From NCBI GenBank assembly GCA_963764725.1, contig CAVXTM010000016.1, forward strand, positions 128,001 through 192,000: 64,000 nucleotides of DNA, read 5' to 3'. Positions 1-10,836 of this stretch are shown here, piece by piece. The position numbers and the translations under genes were made by a program. The stretch is from an uncultured Gammaproteobacteria bacterium. Its GTDB lineage: Bacteria > Pseudomonadota > Gammaproteobacteria > JACCXJ01. How positions within the stretch are numbered: position 1 is the first letter of the stretch; the number at the start of each line of letters is the position of its first letter. Below the pieces are notes generated by a model. It saw only the letters and a list, made by a program, of their open reading frames with translations, had not been told where the DNA came from and made no database searches.

Positions 1-2959
1 GCAGGGGGATCATCCCGAGCACGGTGGTCAACACGACCATGCACACCGGTCGCATCTTGCTCACGCCCCCATCCAGGATCGCTTGATAGGGTGTCTTCCC
101 CTTGTCGCTCTCGGTCAGGACCTTGCTTAGGACCACGATCTGGGTCTTGATCAGCTCGCCACCCACGGCGAGCACGCCCAAAAGGGCCATAAACCCGAAC
201 GGCATGCCCGTGAGTAGCAGCCCCGTCGTCACGCCGATGACCATCAACGGCATGATCAGCCAAATCAGGACCGTGGTGCGAATCGAATTGAACAGACACA
301 CGACGATGAACACCATGAGCGCCAGCACATAGGGGAGTGGCCGGGCCAGAGCGGCGCGGGCGTCTCGGGAATCCTCATACTCGCCACCCCATTCAAGCGA
401 ATAACCCGGAGGCAGCTCGATCTGCTCGATCTTCGAGCGCACCCGGTCGAACAACTGGCTGGGCAGACCGGAGCGCGGATCGGCGTGGACGGTGAGCGTC
501 GGGAAGCGATCGCGGCGCATCACGATCGGGTCCTCCCAGACGACCTCGGCGCCGGAAGTGACCTGGCTCATGGGGATCATCCGCCCGGCAACCGAGCTCC
601 AGATCTGCAGGCTGTTGATCACCGAGACGTCCTCGCGCTCGGCCAGGGGCGGGCGGGCGATGATCGGCAGCAGCCGTGTCTCCTGCGGATAGACTCCCGT
701 GCCGGCACCGCCAGGCTCGCGGTAGAAGCCGACCACGCGCCCTTCAAAGCTGGTTTGCAGAGCCTGAGCCACCTCAGCGCGCGTGATGCCGTTGCGGCGT
801 GCCTGATGTTCGAGCAGGTCGGGACGGATGACTTTTTCGCGCTCGCGCCAGTCGCTGCGCACGGCCACCGTCCCGCCATCGTCTACGAGAACTCTCTTCG
901 CCTGATCGGCGAGTGCGCGCAGTTGTGCGGGATCGGGGCCTCGGAACCGAGCCTGAATGCGCCCGCCCGCGCCCGGGCCCAGAAGAAACTTTTCGGCGAC
1001 GGAGTTGGCGTTCGGGTGCTGCTCGTCCAAATGTCTCTGGATGTCGGCAATCAACCCGTCGATCTTCGTCCAGTCATCGACATCGACCAGGAACTGCACG
1101 AAGGCTCGGTTCTCCCCTTCCGGACTGTAGACGAGCATGAAGCGCAGACCGCCGCCGCCGATGAATGACGTGACATGCGTGACGCCGGGCAGAGCCTGGA
1201 TGTATTGCTGGACGTCGCTGGCGAACGCCTCCGAGTCGCGGATGTGGGTGGCGGATGGCAGGAAGGTATCCACCATGAATTGCGGCCGGGTCGCGGGCGG
1301 GAAAAAGCTCTGATCGATCTTGGTGAAGCCGTACAGCGCCGCGACGAAAGCGACCATGAAGCCGGCCACGACCGCCCAGCGGAAGCGGAGTGCCAGAACC
1401 AAGAGACCACGGTAGTTTCGGAAAAAGAAGCCCGCGTAGGGATCCTTGCTTTGCGCGGTGCCACTGCCCGCGATCGGCTTGAAAAAAAGATAACTCAGCA
1501 GCGGGGTGACGGTGACCGACGAAATCCAACTCAGGCTCAGGGAAATCAGGATGACCCAGAAGAGCGAGTTGGTATACTCCCCGGTGCTGTCTTCCGACAG
1601 TCCGATCGCCGCGAAGGCGATGATGCCGATGGCTGTCGCCCCACAGAGCGGCCACTGGTTTTCCGCGACCACCTCGCGGACCACCTGGAGCTTGTCCTCG
1701 CCGGCCTCGATACGGACCTTGATGCTCTCGATGACGATGATCGCGTTGTCTGTCAGCATGCACAGCGCGATGATCAGCGCGCCCAACGAGATGCGCTCCA
1801 TCAGCAGGTCGCCCTTCATATACATGACGAGGAATGTCGCCATAATCGTGAGCAACAGCACCATACCGATAATCAGCCCGGTCTTGCGGCCCATCGCGAA
1901 GACGAGCACTATGAAAACGATGCTGACCGCCTTGGCCAGATTGAAGACGAACTCGCTGGTGGCCGTGGTGACCGCCTCGGGCTGGAAGTTGATCTCGCCG
2001 ATCTCGATACCGACCGGTTGGTGGGGTTTGAGCTCCTCGAGCGTTCGCCTTACGCCCTCGCCCATCGTCACCACGTTGCCCCCCTGCACTGTGGAGATCC
2101 CCAGGCCGATCGCTGGCTTGCCGTCGTACCGGAGCAAACGGCGCGGCGGGTCCTGATCGCCGCGCTGCAGCGAGGCGACGTCCCTGAGGAAGAGCTGACG
2201 GCCCGTCTGGTCGGATCCAATCACCAGATCCAGCATGTCATCGGCCGAGCGGAAACCGCCTTGCGGATCGAGTGTGATGTGTTCGTCGCCGACGCGTACC
2301 TGACCGCCGTCGGCGGCAATGTTTCTCGCCTGAAGCTTGCTGTAGATGTGCTCCTCGTTGAGGCCGAGCTGCGCCAGCCGTTGCCGCGAGATTTCCAGGA
2401 AGACGACTTCCTGCTGCGCAGCGAAGAGATCGACTTTCTTAACGTTCTGCACTAACAGCAGCTCGCGGCGCAGGAACTCGGCGTAGCGGCGCAGCTCGGG
2501 GAACGAATAGCCGTCGCCGGTAATGGCCAGGAAGATACCGTAGACATCGCCAAAATCGTCGATCACCATCGACCTGCCGCGTACTGAGGGCGGCAGCTGC
2601 GGTTGGACATCTCCGATCTTGCGACGCAGCTCGTCCCAGACCTGGGGGATCGCCTCCCTGTGGAACCGATCCTTGATGACGGCGGTGACCACTGACATGC
2701 CGCGCGAGGACTCCGAATCGACCCGCTTGAGCTGGCCGAGCTGCTGCAGGGCGCTTTCGATCGGGTTGGTGACCTCCTTGGCGACCTCTTCGGCGTTGGC
2801 CCCGGGGTATGGCGTAATGATCAGCGCTTCCTTGATCGTGAACTCCGGATCCTCGAGCCGGCCCATATTTTGATACGCAATGAATCCGCCGACCAGGACG
2901 AAGAGCATGGCCACATAAACAATACGGTCATTGCGGATGGAGATTTCGCCGGGGTTCAT
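1..2959 (-). CDS. RND efflux transporter permease subunit (AcrB/AcrD/AcrF family), runs off the left window edge
   Basis: ATG at 2959 overlaps the adaptor stop (ATGA). Manual translation gives MNPGEISIRNDR..., TM4 ALIIALCMLTDNAIV at ~1750 and KMRPVCMVVLTTVLGMIPL at ~1-60, all in one frame. Absent from the ORF track because no stop falls inside the window. Confidence 0.93.
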   Translation of the reverse strand, partial: MNPGEISIRNDRIVYVAMLFVLVGGFIAYQNMGRLEDPEFTIKEALIITPYPGANAEEVAKEVTNPIESALQQLGQLKRVDSESSRGMSVVTAVIKDRFHREAIPQVWDELRRKIGDVQPQLPPSVRGRSMVIDDFGDVYGIFLAITGDGYSFPELRRYAEFLRRELLLVQNVKKVDLFAAQQEVVFLEISRQRLAQLGLNEEHIYSKLQARNIAADGGQVRVGDEHITLDPQGGFRSADDMLDLVIGSDQTGRQLFLRDVASLQRGDQDPPRRLLRYDGKPAIGLGISTVQGGNVVTMGEGVRRTLEELKPHQPVGIEIGEINFQPEAVTTATSEFVFNLAKAVSIVFIVLVFAMGRKTGLIIGMVLLLTIMATFLVMYMKGDLLMERISLGALIIALCMLTDNAIIVIESIKVRIEAGEDKLQVVREVVAENQWPLCGATAIGIIAFAAIGLSEDSTGEYTNSLFWVILISLSLSWISSVTVTPLLSYLFFKPIAGSGTAQSKDPYAGFFFRNYRGLLVLALRFRWAVVAGFMVAFVAALYGFTKIDQSFFPPATRPQFMVDTFLPSATHIRDSEAFASDVQQYIQALPGVTHVTSFIGGGGLRFMLVYSPEGENRAFVQFLVDVDDWTKIDGLIADIQRHLDEQHPNANSVAEKFLLGPGAGGRIQARFRGPDPAQLRALADQAKRVLVDDGGTVAVRSDWREREKVIRPDLLEHQARRNGITRAEVAQALQTSFEGRVVGFYREPGGAGTGVYPQETRLLPIIARPPLAEREDVSVINSLQIWSSVAGRMIPMSQVTSGAEVVWEDPIVMRRDRFPTLTVHADPRSGLPSQLFDRVRSKIEQIELPPGYSLEWGGEYEDSRDARAALARPLPYVLALMVFIVVCLFNSIRTTVLIWLIMPLMVIGVTTGLLLTGMPFGFMALLGVLAVGGELIKTQIVVLSKVLTESDKGKTPYQAILDGGVSKMRPVCMVVLTTVLGMIPL

Positions 2960-4254
2960 GGCTGGTCGCCTCCGAGTGCGTTACCCAGATCGCGAACCTT
3001 CATCCCTTCGCGCAGGAACGTCACCCCGGCCACCGCGATGCGGTCGCCCGGTTGCAGTCCTTCCACAATTTCGATGTCGCCGCCCGCAGCCGCGCCCAGC
3101 TTTACCGGGCGGGGGGCGACCGTTTGATCCGGCCTGATAACCCACGCCACTTGCTCGCCCGTATCTGGCTCGAAAATCGCCGAGATCGGCACCAGGATGC
3201 GATTGCCCAGGATGCTGGCCCCCCGGTAGGTGACAGTCACGGTGGCCGTCATGCCGGGAAGCGCGCGGACGCCGGGCGGGGCATCCATGCCGACGCGGAC
3301 TTGGAACGTTTGCGTCGTTGGGTCCGCCACCTGCCCGATCTCGCGAAGGTAAACCGGAAACTGCAATCCAGGTGCCGCGCTGAACTCCGCGATCATCTGC
3401 ACAATGTCGGCCGAGCGAATGTCGGCGGCCATGGCCGTCTCCGGCACGTCGACGGCGATGTCGATCTCGTAAACATCCTGGAACGTGACCACCGGCTCCT
3501 TGGCCCGCACGTTCTGATTCTGGTCGACGAACCGCCGGGCGATCACGCCGTCGTAGGGGGCGCGGAGCGTGCTGTCCTCGAGCTGAATGTTCGCTTCCAC
3601 GACGCGGCCTTCAAACGTGCGAACCTGCGCCTCCTGAGCCTCGATGTCTTCCGCGCGCGCGATGGTGCCTTTATCGAGCATCTGGAGAGCAGCCTTGTGA
3701 TCTTCCCGGACAATGCGGTAGTTGGTTTCAGCACGCTCGAAATCCGCGCGCGAAACAGCGTTCGACCGGATTAGCCGCGCGTAGCGATCGTATTCCGTGC
3801 GGGCGTTCGCGAGCTTCGCCGCGGCCGCGCGCACCTGCGCTTCGCGGCGCAGCCGCTCCTCGGGCCGTTCCCCCGATTGCAGAGACCTGAGGACCGCACG
3901 GCCCTGGTCGAGTTGGCCTTGAAGTGATTTCAGCTGGGCCTGGAATTCGTCCTGCCGAAGCTGCGCGATCAGCTCGCCCTTCGCGACCTTCTGGCCCTCC
4001 TTGACCGGCAGCTTGATCAGCAGGCCGGGAACCCGGAATGCAAGCTCGACCCGGTTCGACGCTTCAACCTTTCCGGGGAAGGATCGCTCCCGAGCTTGTT
4101 CCGCGGCCGCCACGACCATCGTTTTGACGGGGCGCACCGCCTCGGAATCGGTCGCAGCCGGCTCCGACGAGCACCCGGCAGCGAGGAGTAAGACTGTATA
4201 TGCGATCAGCGAACGTCGATCGAGGCCGCTGCAACCGCAACTTCTAACGTTCAT
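2956..4254 (-). CDS. RND efflux periplasmic adaptor (membrane fusion protein), lipoprotein
   Basis: Lipobox LAAGC, ELAFRVPG, coiled-coil hairpin, LRAPYDGVIA, ADPTTQTFQVR, GLQPGDRIAVAG; directly upstream of the RND permease. Confidence 0.95.
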   Translation of the reverse strand: MNVRSCGCSGLDRRSLIAYTVLLLAAGCSSEPAATDSEAVRPVKTMVVAAAEQARERSFPGKVEASNRVELAFRVPGLLIKLPVKEGQKVAKGELIAQLRQDEFQAQLKSLQGQLDQGRAVLRSLQSGERPEERLRREAQVRAAAAKLANARTEYDRYARLIRSNAVSRADFERAETNYRIVREDHKAALQMLDKGTIARAEDIEAQEAQVRTFEGRVVEANIQLEDSTLRAPYDGVIARRFVDQNQNVRAKEPVVTFQDVYEIDIAVDVPETAMAADIRSADIVQMIAEFSAAPGLQFPVYLREIGQVADPTTQTFQVRVGMDAPPGVRALPGMTATVTVTYRGASILGNRILVPISAIFEPDTGEQVAWVIRPDQTVAPRPVKLGAAAGGDIEIVEGLQPGDRIAVAGVTFLREGMKVRDLGNALGGDQP

Positions 4255-4866
4255 GAATGCGTCGCCTAACCAGCATCAGAAATCGACGGCATCGCGGATC
4301 AAGGGACACAGCCGCGGTCGAAGGTTCGTCGCACCGCGTAATTCATAACGTGTAGGCTATCCCATCGACCGGGCGCTTGCAACCGACCCGGCGGCGATAG
4401 TGATTGACAATTTCATGACCATCAATGGCGTAAATGCTTGCGAAGTAGACCAGGCCAGGTAAGCTGTTTTGGGCCAGGCATCAAGCCCGATCTAATTGGC
4501 GTGCCGATTGAAACCGCCTTACGCCGATTCCGCCCATTAGATATGAGTACCTTTATTCCTGTCGGAGCTAACGGCTGCCCTTTTTGAATTACGCGACTTT
4601 TGAGGGATTGCAGCGAACACGTTTGTAACTGTAGTGTTACCGAGCTGCCACAGGCTTGTATTGCGCTTCATCTAATATAGAATAAAATCCCCTCGCAGCG
4701 TGCGCAGCGTCTGACTTCAGCGCTTATACTGTGGCGTAACGCTATGGTGGGATCGGGATTCGGTCAGAACTACGTTCCACAGTTCCCCCCGGCCTTGCCG
4801 ACCGACTCCCCGGGGTATGGAGTTCGACCAATTCGAGCCACGCATCATCGAAAGAGATAGGAACCA

Positions 4867-5989
4867 ATGCTCCACGTCGACATTCCATCCCGCTCCGACA
4901 TCGAACGGCTAATTGCGGTGCGCGCCGCGGCTTGTCTATCGATTTATCTCCGAACCACGCCACTCACCCAGCAGGCCCAGGGCGACCGCATCGAGTTGAG
5001 AAACCTGGCCCGCGCCGGGCTCGAGCAGTTGCGCGCGAAGAACTCGGACAGGCAGGCCGTCGCGGCCATCGAGGAAGCGATCGATGACGTCGTCGACGAC
5101 GACGACTTCTGGCGATTCCAGGCAAACAGCCTGGCCGTGTTCGCGACACCTGAGGCGACGGTGACGTTCCGCTTGCCGAATGCGCTCACGCCCATGGTCA
5201 AGGCCGGGGATCGTTTTTTCATCAAGCCCCTGTTGCGCGCTATCACCGTGCCCCAATTCGCGTTTGTTCTAGCACTGGCCCAGGGCTCGGCGCGGCTCGT
5301 CGAGGTTTCCGGCGACATGCCGGCCTTTGAAGTCAAGGTCGCTGATATGCCTGAGGACGCGGCGAGTGCCGTGGCGCAAGGCGTCGATCCTTGATCGGTC
5401 GCCGAGCGGGCGCGTCCAAGGGTCAGAGGGTCAGAAAGTACGGCTGCGCCAGTATGCCCGCCAAGTCGACAAGGCGCTGCGCGACCTCCTCACCGGTCGC
5501 GAAACTCCGCTGATCTTGGCTGCAACGCCACCGCTCGACGCAATATTCCGATCTGTGAACACCTACCCGCATCTCGTCGATGAGGTCATTGCCGGCAACC
5601 CCGAAAAGGTCAGCGACGCCGATCTCGCTCAGGCCTCACGAGCAATCCTCGATCGCCTGCATCGGGCGGATCTCGAGGAACTCCATCGGCTGTTCGAGAC
5701 CCGCGCGGCTCAAGGGCGAACCACGACGGATATCGCGCAAGCTGCACGTGCCGCGACTTTCGGGGCAGTCGCGGTGCTGCTGGTAGATATCGACGAAGTC
5801 ATCCCTGGATGGGTCGACGAGGACGATGGCCGCGTCCTGTTTAGCGAAGAGCCCTCCGCGTCGACCCACGGCGTGGTCGACGAGATCGCCGGTCGTGCGC
5901 TGATGGCCGGTGCGCGGGTACTAGGCGTACGGCGCGCGGACATTCCCGGTGGCGGCAGTCTCGCCGTAATACTGCGTTATCCCTTCTGA
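4867..5989 (+). CDS. Bacterial archaeo-eukaryotic release factor family (baeRF11-like) protein, frameshifted near 5380
   Basis: ORFs 4867-5394 and 5327-5989 join. MLHVDIPS..CLSIYLRTTP..DRIELRNL N-terminus, DRFFIKPLLRA, and C-terminal AATFGAVAVLLVD...VVDEIAGRALMAGARVLGVR...LRY typical of the family. Confidence 0.8.
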
Positions 5990-5992
5990 CGC

Positions 5993-7458
5993 TCATTCAC
6001 CCTTAGAAACGCTCAAACGCCTGTCCGAGGTGGCGTTTGGAGCGATGGTCTCCGCCTCGATCACCCAGCCGCCGCCCATAGCCTTGTAGACATTGACGAG
6101 CTGGGTCAGGCTATCCGCCTGGTTCTGCGCATGGGCCAGCTCGGCGCTGAACAACTCGTTCTGTGCAACGAGTACCTCCAGGTAGCTCGTCACGCCCTCG
6201 TCGAACCGCTGTTGGGCGAGCCGCGCAAAATCCTGGAGTGCGGCAACACGTAGGCCGCGCGCTATGAGCTCCTCGCGGCTCTTCTGCGTGCCGATGAGCG
6301 CATCGTTCACTTCCCGAAACGCGCCTAGGATCGTTTGCCGGTACCGCTCAAGCGCCTGCCGTTGCACCGCCTCGGCCGCCTGCACCTGGCCCTCGATATT
6401 GCCAAACGTGAACACTGGCACCGTCGCCGCAGCGCTCAGTGCCCACACGCCCGCCGGCCCGGTGAACAAGCTCGAAAGCGCTACGCTGGCAGTTCCCACC
6501 AAACTGGTGAGGGAGATCGTCGGAAAATAAAGCGAGCGGGCGACACCGATCTGAGCGTTCGCCGCAATGAGATCCTGCTCAGTGGCACGGATGTCCGGCC
6601 GGCGATCGAGCAGGCTCGAGGGCAGGCCGCTCGGAATTCCAGGAGAAGCGAGCTGATCGATCGCCTTGCCGCGTAGAATCGGTGCCGGATTGCGGCCGAG
6701 CAGGATCGAGAGCAGATTCTCCTGCAGCGCGATCTGGCGCTCAAAAGCGGGGATCGCGGCAAGAGCCTCTTGATATTGCGACTCGACCTGGGCGACCTCG
6801 ACTTGACCGACGATCCCCTCCTTGAAGCGCAGGTCGAAGATCCGCTTGGTCTCGCCGTAGTTGCGGGCGGTCGCATGCGAGATCTCGAGCTGGCGGTCGA
6901 GCGCCCGCAGCGCGATGTAGCTCGAGGCCACGCCGGTCACGACCGAGAGGATGACCGCGAGCCGTACGTCCTCGGCGGAGAATACCTGCGCCTGAGCCGA
7001 CTCGGTGGCGCGTCGGATGCGGCCGAAGACATCGATCTCCCAGTTGGTGTTGAGCTCGAGCTCATAGAAGTTGAAGGGGTTGCTCACGTTCGAAGGGAAC
7101 GGCCCCGGCCCCGCTTCGGTCTCACGCAGGCCCCCGGTGGCGGCCGCGGCACCGATCTGTGGGAAGAACGTAGAGCGCGCCGTCCTGAGCTGGCCGAGGA
7201 ACTGCTCGATGCGCGCGGCGGCGATGCGCACATCGTAGTTCTCGCGCAGCGCCGTCTCGATGAGTCGGTCCAGGACCGGATCGCCGAACTGCGCCCACCA
7301 GCGGGTATCGGCCATGCCTGCCGCTTGCTGGTAGTCAACGCGCCAGGCTTGCGGAGTATCGACCTCCGGACGCACGTAATCGGGGCCAACGGCAGCGCAG
7401 CCCAACAGCAAGGTTGCGAAGGGAACAGCCTAGCGAGAATCGCCACATCTTTAGTCAT
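5993..7458 (-). CDS. Efflux outer membrane lipoprotein (NodT/OprM/TolC family); probable frameshift in the signal peptide
   Basis: LLGCAAVGPDYVRP lipobox, WWAQFGDPVLDRLIETALRENYD, WEIDVFGRIRR, LLDRRPDIRATE, YKAMGGGW. Likely ATG at 7458. Confidence 0.93.
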
Positions 7459-7640
7459 CTTCCCGCTTGGCATGCGGCGCGGCCGGTACGGGCGTACCTG
7501 CGACCGCGCGCTCTGCGCCCGGCGGGCGAAGAGACCGGTCAAGCCTTCGGAGCAGCACGAAGAAGAGGGGCACGAAGATCGCGATACTGTCGAGGGGTAT
7601 GCCGCCGATGATGCCGGTGCCGATGGCGTGCAGCTTGGTC
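7451..7640 (-). pseudogene. C-terminal remnant of an AcrB/MexB-type RND permease
   Basis: Manual translation KLHAIGTGIIGGIPLDSIAIFVPLFFVLLRR...EDD* resembles TM12 of HAE1 permeases; the stop abuts the OMF start; nothing upstream continues it. Confidence 0.7.
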
Positions 7641-8263
7641 AGGATTGACCCACCCGCGCCCCACGGGCACTTTAATGATGTCGTGGGTCTGGGAGGGCAC
7701 CGGGCCGTGTTTCATCGCTAGGTAGCTGTCATCGCAATGAGCCGCCCGTAACGTTCAAGATGCTTCTTGTCGGCAAAGTAAAAGACCTTCGAGACGCTAA
7801 GAAACGTAGGGTTGGCAACTTTTGTGAGACGAGCAAAATCGCCTCGATAGCTTCCCTACGTCAAATGACCTGGCGCTGATGACCATGGGCGATCCTCGAA
7901 AACGCATGAATCAGTATAGCCATTCAATACAGCGGCGATCAACGAGGTCCGACAGACGCTGTTTCTGGGATAGGAATTATCGAGCGCGCACCGCTTCCTC
8001 AAGCCCACTGTCGGCGATCTGTCCCGCACGCGCGCAAGACGCCAAAACGCTCCGAAACCTAGCGCCCTCGGACCGACAAATATCCCGGAAAGTCCCCAAT
8101 CCTGGACCCCAGACACGCGTGTTTGACACCCCGCAGGTTAATACAGTACCCTCACTCGCGCGCCCTACCCCACCTCCAAATCAATATGGGAACCCGCGAT
8201 CACAGTTTGGGACCGAACAGACCGGTAGTTGACGCCGCTGGCGTCGGAGCCAGCATTGTGAGC

Positions 8264-9829
8264 ATGAGAACGACGAGAACTCCGTATCTAGTTGTGATTG
8301 GTGTTGCAGCCGTGCTGACGGCATGCGACAGGGGAAGCGATCCCGCAGCGCGCGAGGGCACAGCCGCTAGCCCGAGTGACTCGTCCATCCCGGCACTCGC
8401 CAGTGCCGCGCCTTCGACATCGCGCACAGCCGCGGACGTGACTCCAAAGACAGAGCCGCCGCGGGAGGCAGAGATCCTGTCCGATGCGTTCGCGAATGCC
8501 GCCAAGGCAATTCGGCCCAGTGTCGTGCAGCTCGACGTCGAGATGAAGCGGGCGCAGGGCGAGATGGCGCAGGGGCCGCAGCCGCGGGGACCTGCACCCC
8601 CGCCAGGGATGGAGGACTTTTTCGAGAGGTTCTTCGATTTCGGGTCTGGCGACGGAATGCTGCCCCCTCCCGGGCTCGAGCGCGGGACTGGCTCGGGGGT
8701 GGTGTTCGATGCCGCTGGGCACGTCGTTACGAATAGCCACGTCGTGCATGGCGCGAGCCGGGTGACGATCGCGTTCAGCGACGGCCAGAAATACGCGGGC
8801 AAGGTGGTAGGTGCCGATCCCTACACAGACGTCGCGGTCGTGCGATTCGAGAAGAAACCCGAAGCGCTCACCGTCGCGCGGCTCGGGAACTCGGACGAGC
8901 TTCGGGTAGGCCAGTGGGTGATCGCGGTGGGGAGTCCCCTGGGACTGACACAGACGGTTACTGCTGGGATCGTCAGCGGGCTCGGACGCACAGGAGGGCG
9001 CATTCAGCTCTCCGGTGAACGCGTCCGCCGCTACATCCAGACCGACGCGCTCATCAACCCGGGCAATTCCGGCGGCCCCCTGGTCAACCTCCGGGGAGAG
9101 GTCGTCGGGATCAACAGCGTGATCAATGTGGGCCCAGGCGGCAGCTACGGCTTCGCCATTCCGGTCAATCAGGTGTCCGAGGTGGTCCAGACGATTGTGA
9201 AAGAGGGGCGCGTCCGCTATCCCTACATGGGGGTGATGATCGGCAGCCTCGAAGAGATCCCACCAGAGCAGCGCGGCGAGATCGGGCGAAACCTGCCGGA
9301 CAAAGGAGTCGTCGTCACCGAGGTCACGCCGGGGGGGCCAGCCGCCCAGGCCGGTCTCAAACCAGGGGACGTCATCAGCAAAATCGGCGGTACGGCCGCC
9401 ACCAGTGCCTCGGACGTCATCGACTTCGTGTCCGGCCAACCTATCGGGTCGAAAGTGACCGTTGAATATCGGCGCGACGGCAAGACCAGCACGATCGAAA
9501 TGAAACTAGCCGAGCTGCCTGCTCCCGACAGCCGCGGCGGCCCGGAGGGGGCCACCATCGGGATCTCGCTACAAACGCTCACTGAGCCGCTGGCACGCTC
9601 TTTGGGCGTTGATCCAAACCTCAGGGGCGCCGTGATCGCGGACGTCCGACCCGATAGCCCAGCCGCTCGCGCGGGACTGCAACCGGGTGACATCATCCGC
9701 GATGTCAACGGCAAGCCGGTCGCCTCCGCTGAGGAGGCCGTCGCCGCCATCAAATCCGGAGCCAAGAAGCATCTCCTGCGCGTCACAAACGCGGCCGGCA
9801 CCAGGTTCGTGACAGTGACTCCGGAGTAA
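8264..9829 (+). CDS. HtrA/DegP-DegQ family serine protease with two PDZ domains, lipoprotein signal
   Basis: VLTAC lipobox, GSGVV, TNSHV (His), TDVAV (Asp), INPGNSGGPL (Ser), two PDZ-like C-terminal repeats. Confidence 0.95.
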   Translation: MRTTRTPYLVVIGVAAVLTACDRGSDPAAREGTAASPSDSSIPALASAAPSTSRTAADVTPKTEPPREAEILSDAFANAAKAIRPSVVQLDVEMKRAQGEMAQGPQPRGPAPPPGMEDFFERFFDFGSGDGMLPPPGLERGTGSGVVFDAAGHVVTNSHVVHGASRVTIAFSDGQKYAGKVVGADPYTDVAVVRFEKKPEALTVARLGNSDELRVGQWVIAVGSPLGLTQTVTAGIVSGLGRTGGRIQLSGERVRRYIQTDALINPGNSGGPLVNLRGEVVGINSVINVGPGGSYGFAIPVNQVSEVVQTIVKEGRVRYPYMGVMIGSLEEIPPEQRGEIGRNLPDKGVVVTEVTPGGPAAQAGLKPGDVISKIGGTAATSASDVIDFVSGQPIGSKVTVEYRRDGKTSTIEMKLAELPAPDSRGGPEGATIGISLQTLTEPLARSLGVDPNLRGAVIADVRPDSPAARAGLQPGDIIRDVNGKPVASAEEAVAAIKSGAKKHLLRVTNAAGTRFVTVTPE

Positions 9830-10139
9830 GCGACCGAAGCCTTCATCTCGCGCCCGTGGTCCTCCGCGCCGATCGAGAGCGTCAACGTCTCCTCGTACAC
9901 GATCTCAACCGCCCCCGGAGTCGGATGGGACTCTGATGCGAAGCTCGACCACTCTGGTGTTCGTCGAGCTGCCAGCAACACCCGTTCAACCAGGCGAAGT
10001 GCGCGTGCGAGCTTCGGTGACAGTTCGCTGCATTTGCGGACCTCCTCTCCTGGCGATCTCGCGTGGCTTCGGTGGAGCTAGCGCCTGGTGGCGATACCGA
10101 GTATAGGACAGCCTCAACTTCATGCTCGCGTCCGCGCCC

Positions 10140-10290
10140 ACGCACCCGAGCGAGAAGGCTGATGCAGCGTTTCGCCAAGATCTGTTATTGCATGAAGACT
10201 GGAACACGACCCCTTTCGAGATCATGTGCTGTCGCTCAAGTGGAAAGGATGGTATCGCAAGCGCGTGGGCAGATGCCGCATCTATCTTTC
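10140..10290 (+). pseudogene. RelE/ParE-family toxin remnant
   Basis: Fragments ARRLMQRFAK and LEHDPFRDHVLSLKWKGWYRKRVGRCRIYL resemble the RelE ...YRxRVGxYRI core; no intact ORF. Confidence 0.5.
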
Positions 10291-10303
10291 TCCCGCAGCG
10301 CGG

Positions 10304-10590
10304 CTAGCGGTTCGCCAGGATCGGACAGAGCTTCGCTTCGATGAGCGAGTCGTCCGCCGTGACGAGGGTAAGGTCGTATACCAGCGCGGTGGCTACCAGG
10401 AAGCGGTCGCTCGGATCGGGGTGTGCGAGCATTACCTCGCGGCTGCGAATCGCCACCTCAAAGGTCAAAACGGCTTCCTGCGCCGGAGTACTAGCGAGCG
10501 CTTCCGCGACCCATCTGCGAGGCTCGTCATCCAGCTTCACCCGGCCGCGCTCGGCGAGGACAAAAAGCTCCCAGACGCCGATCGGGCCAG
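10304..10590 (-). pseudogene. PIN-domain (VapC) toxin, 5-prime truncated
   Basis: PIGVWELFVLAERGRVKL...HPDPSDRFLVATALVYDLTLVTAD; the N-terminal LLDT motif and antitoxin are missing. Confidence 0.8.
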
Positions 10591-10836
10591 TTCGTGGAGG
10601 TATCTATTCCGGACCGCTCGGAGTAAGATTTCGGTACACCTCGAGGTCGAGGGAATCTGACGATCAAAACGGCAGAAGGCAAGATAAAACGATAAAACGC
10701 GCAGCGTGATCAGGTGAACAGGGAGCCGCTCTGAATTGCAACGAACAATGGGCTTGACTCCCCAGTTTTGCTAGAGCAGTGTACCATCCTTGTGCCGGCA
10801 TTCTCCGGCTAACGCTAACTTCGTAGGAGACCCTTC

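Noticed and set aside
7650-8260. Short ORFs (7856-8116, 7879-8232) and a possible element end near 8080-8140
   Set aside because: No recognisable protein motif, RBS or paired terminal repeat could be supported.
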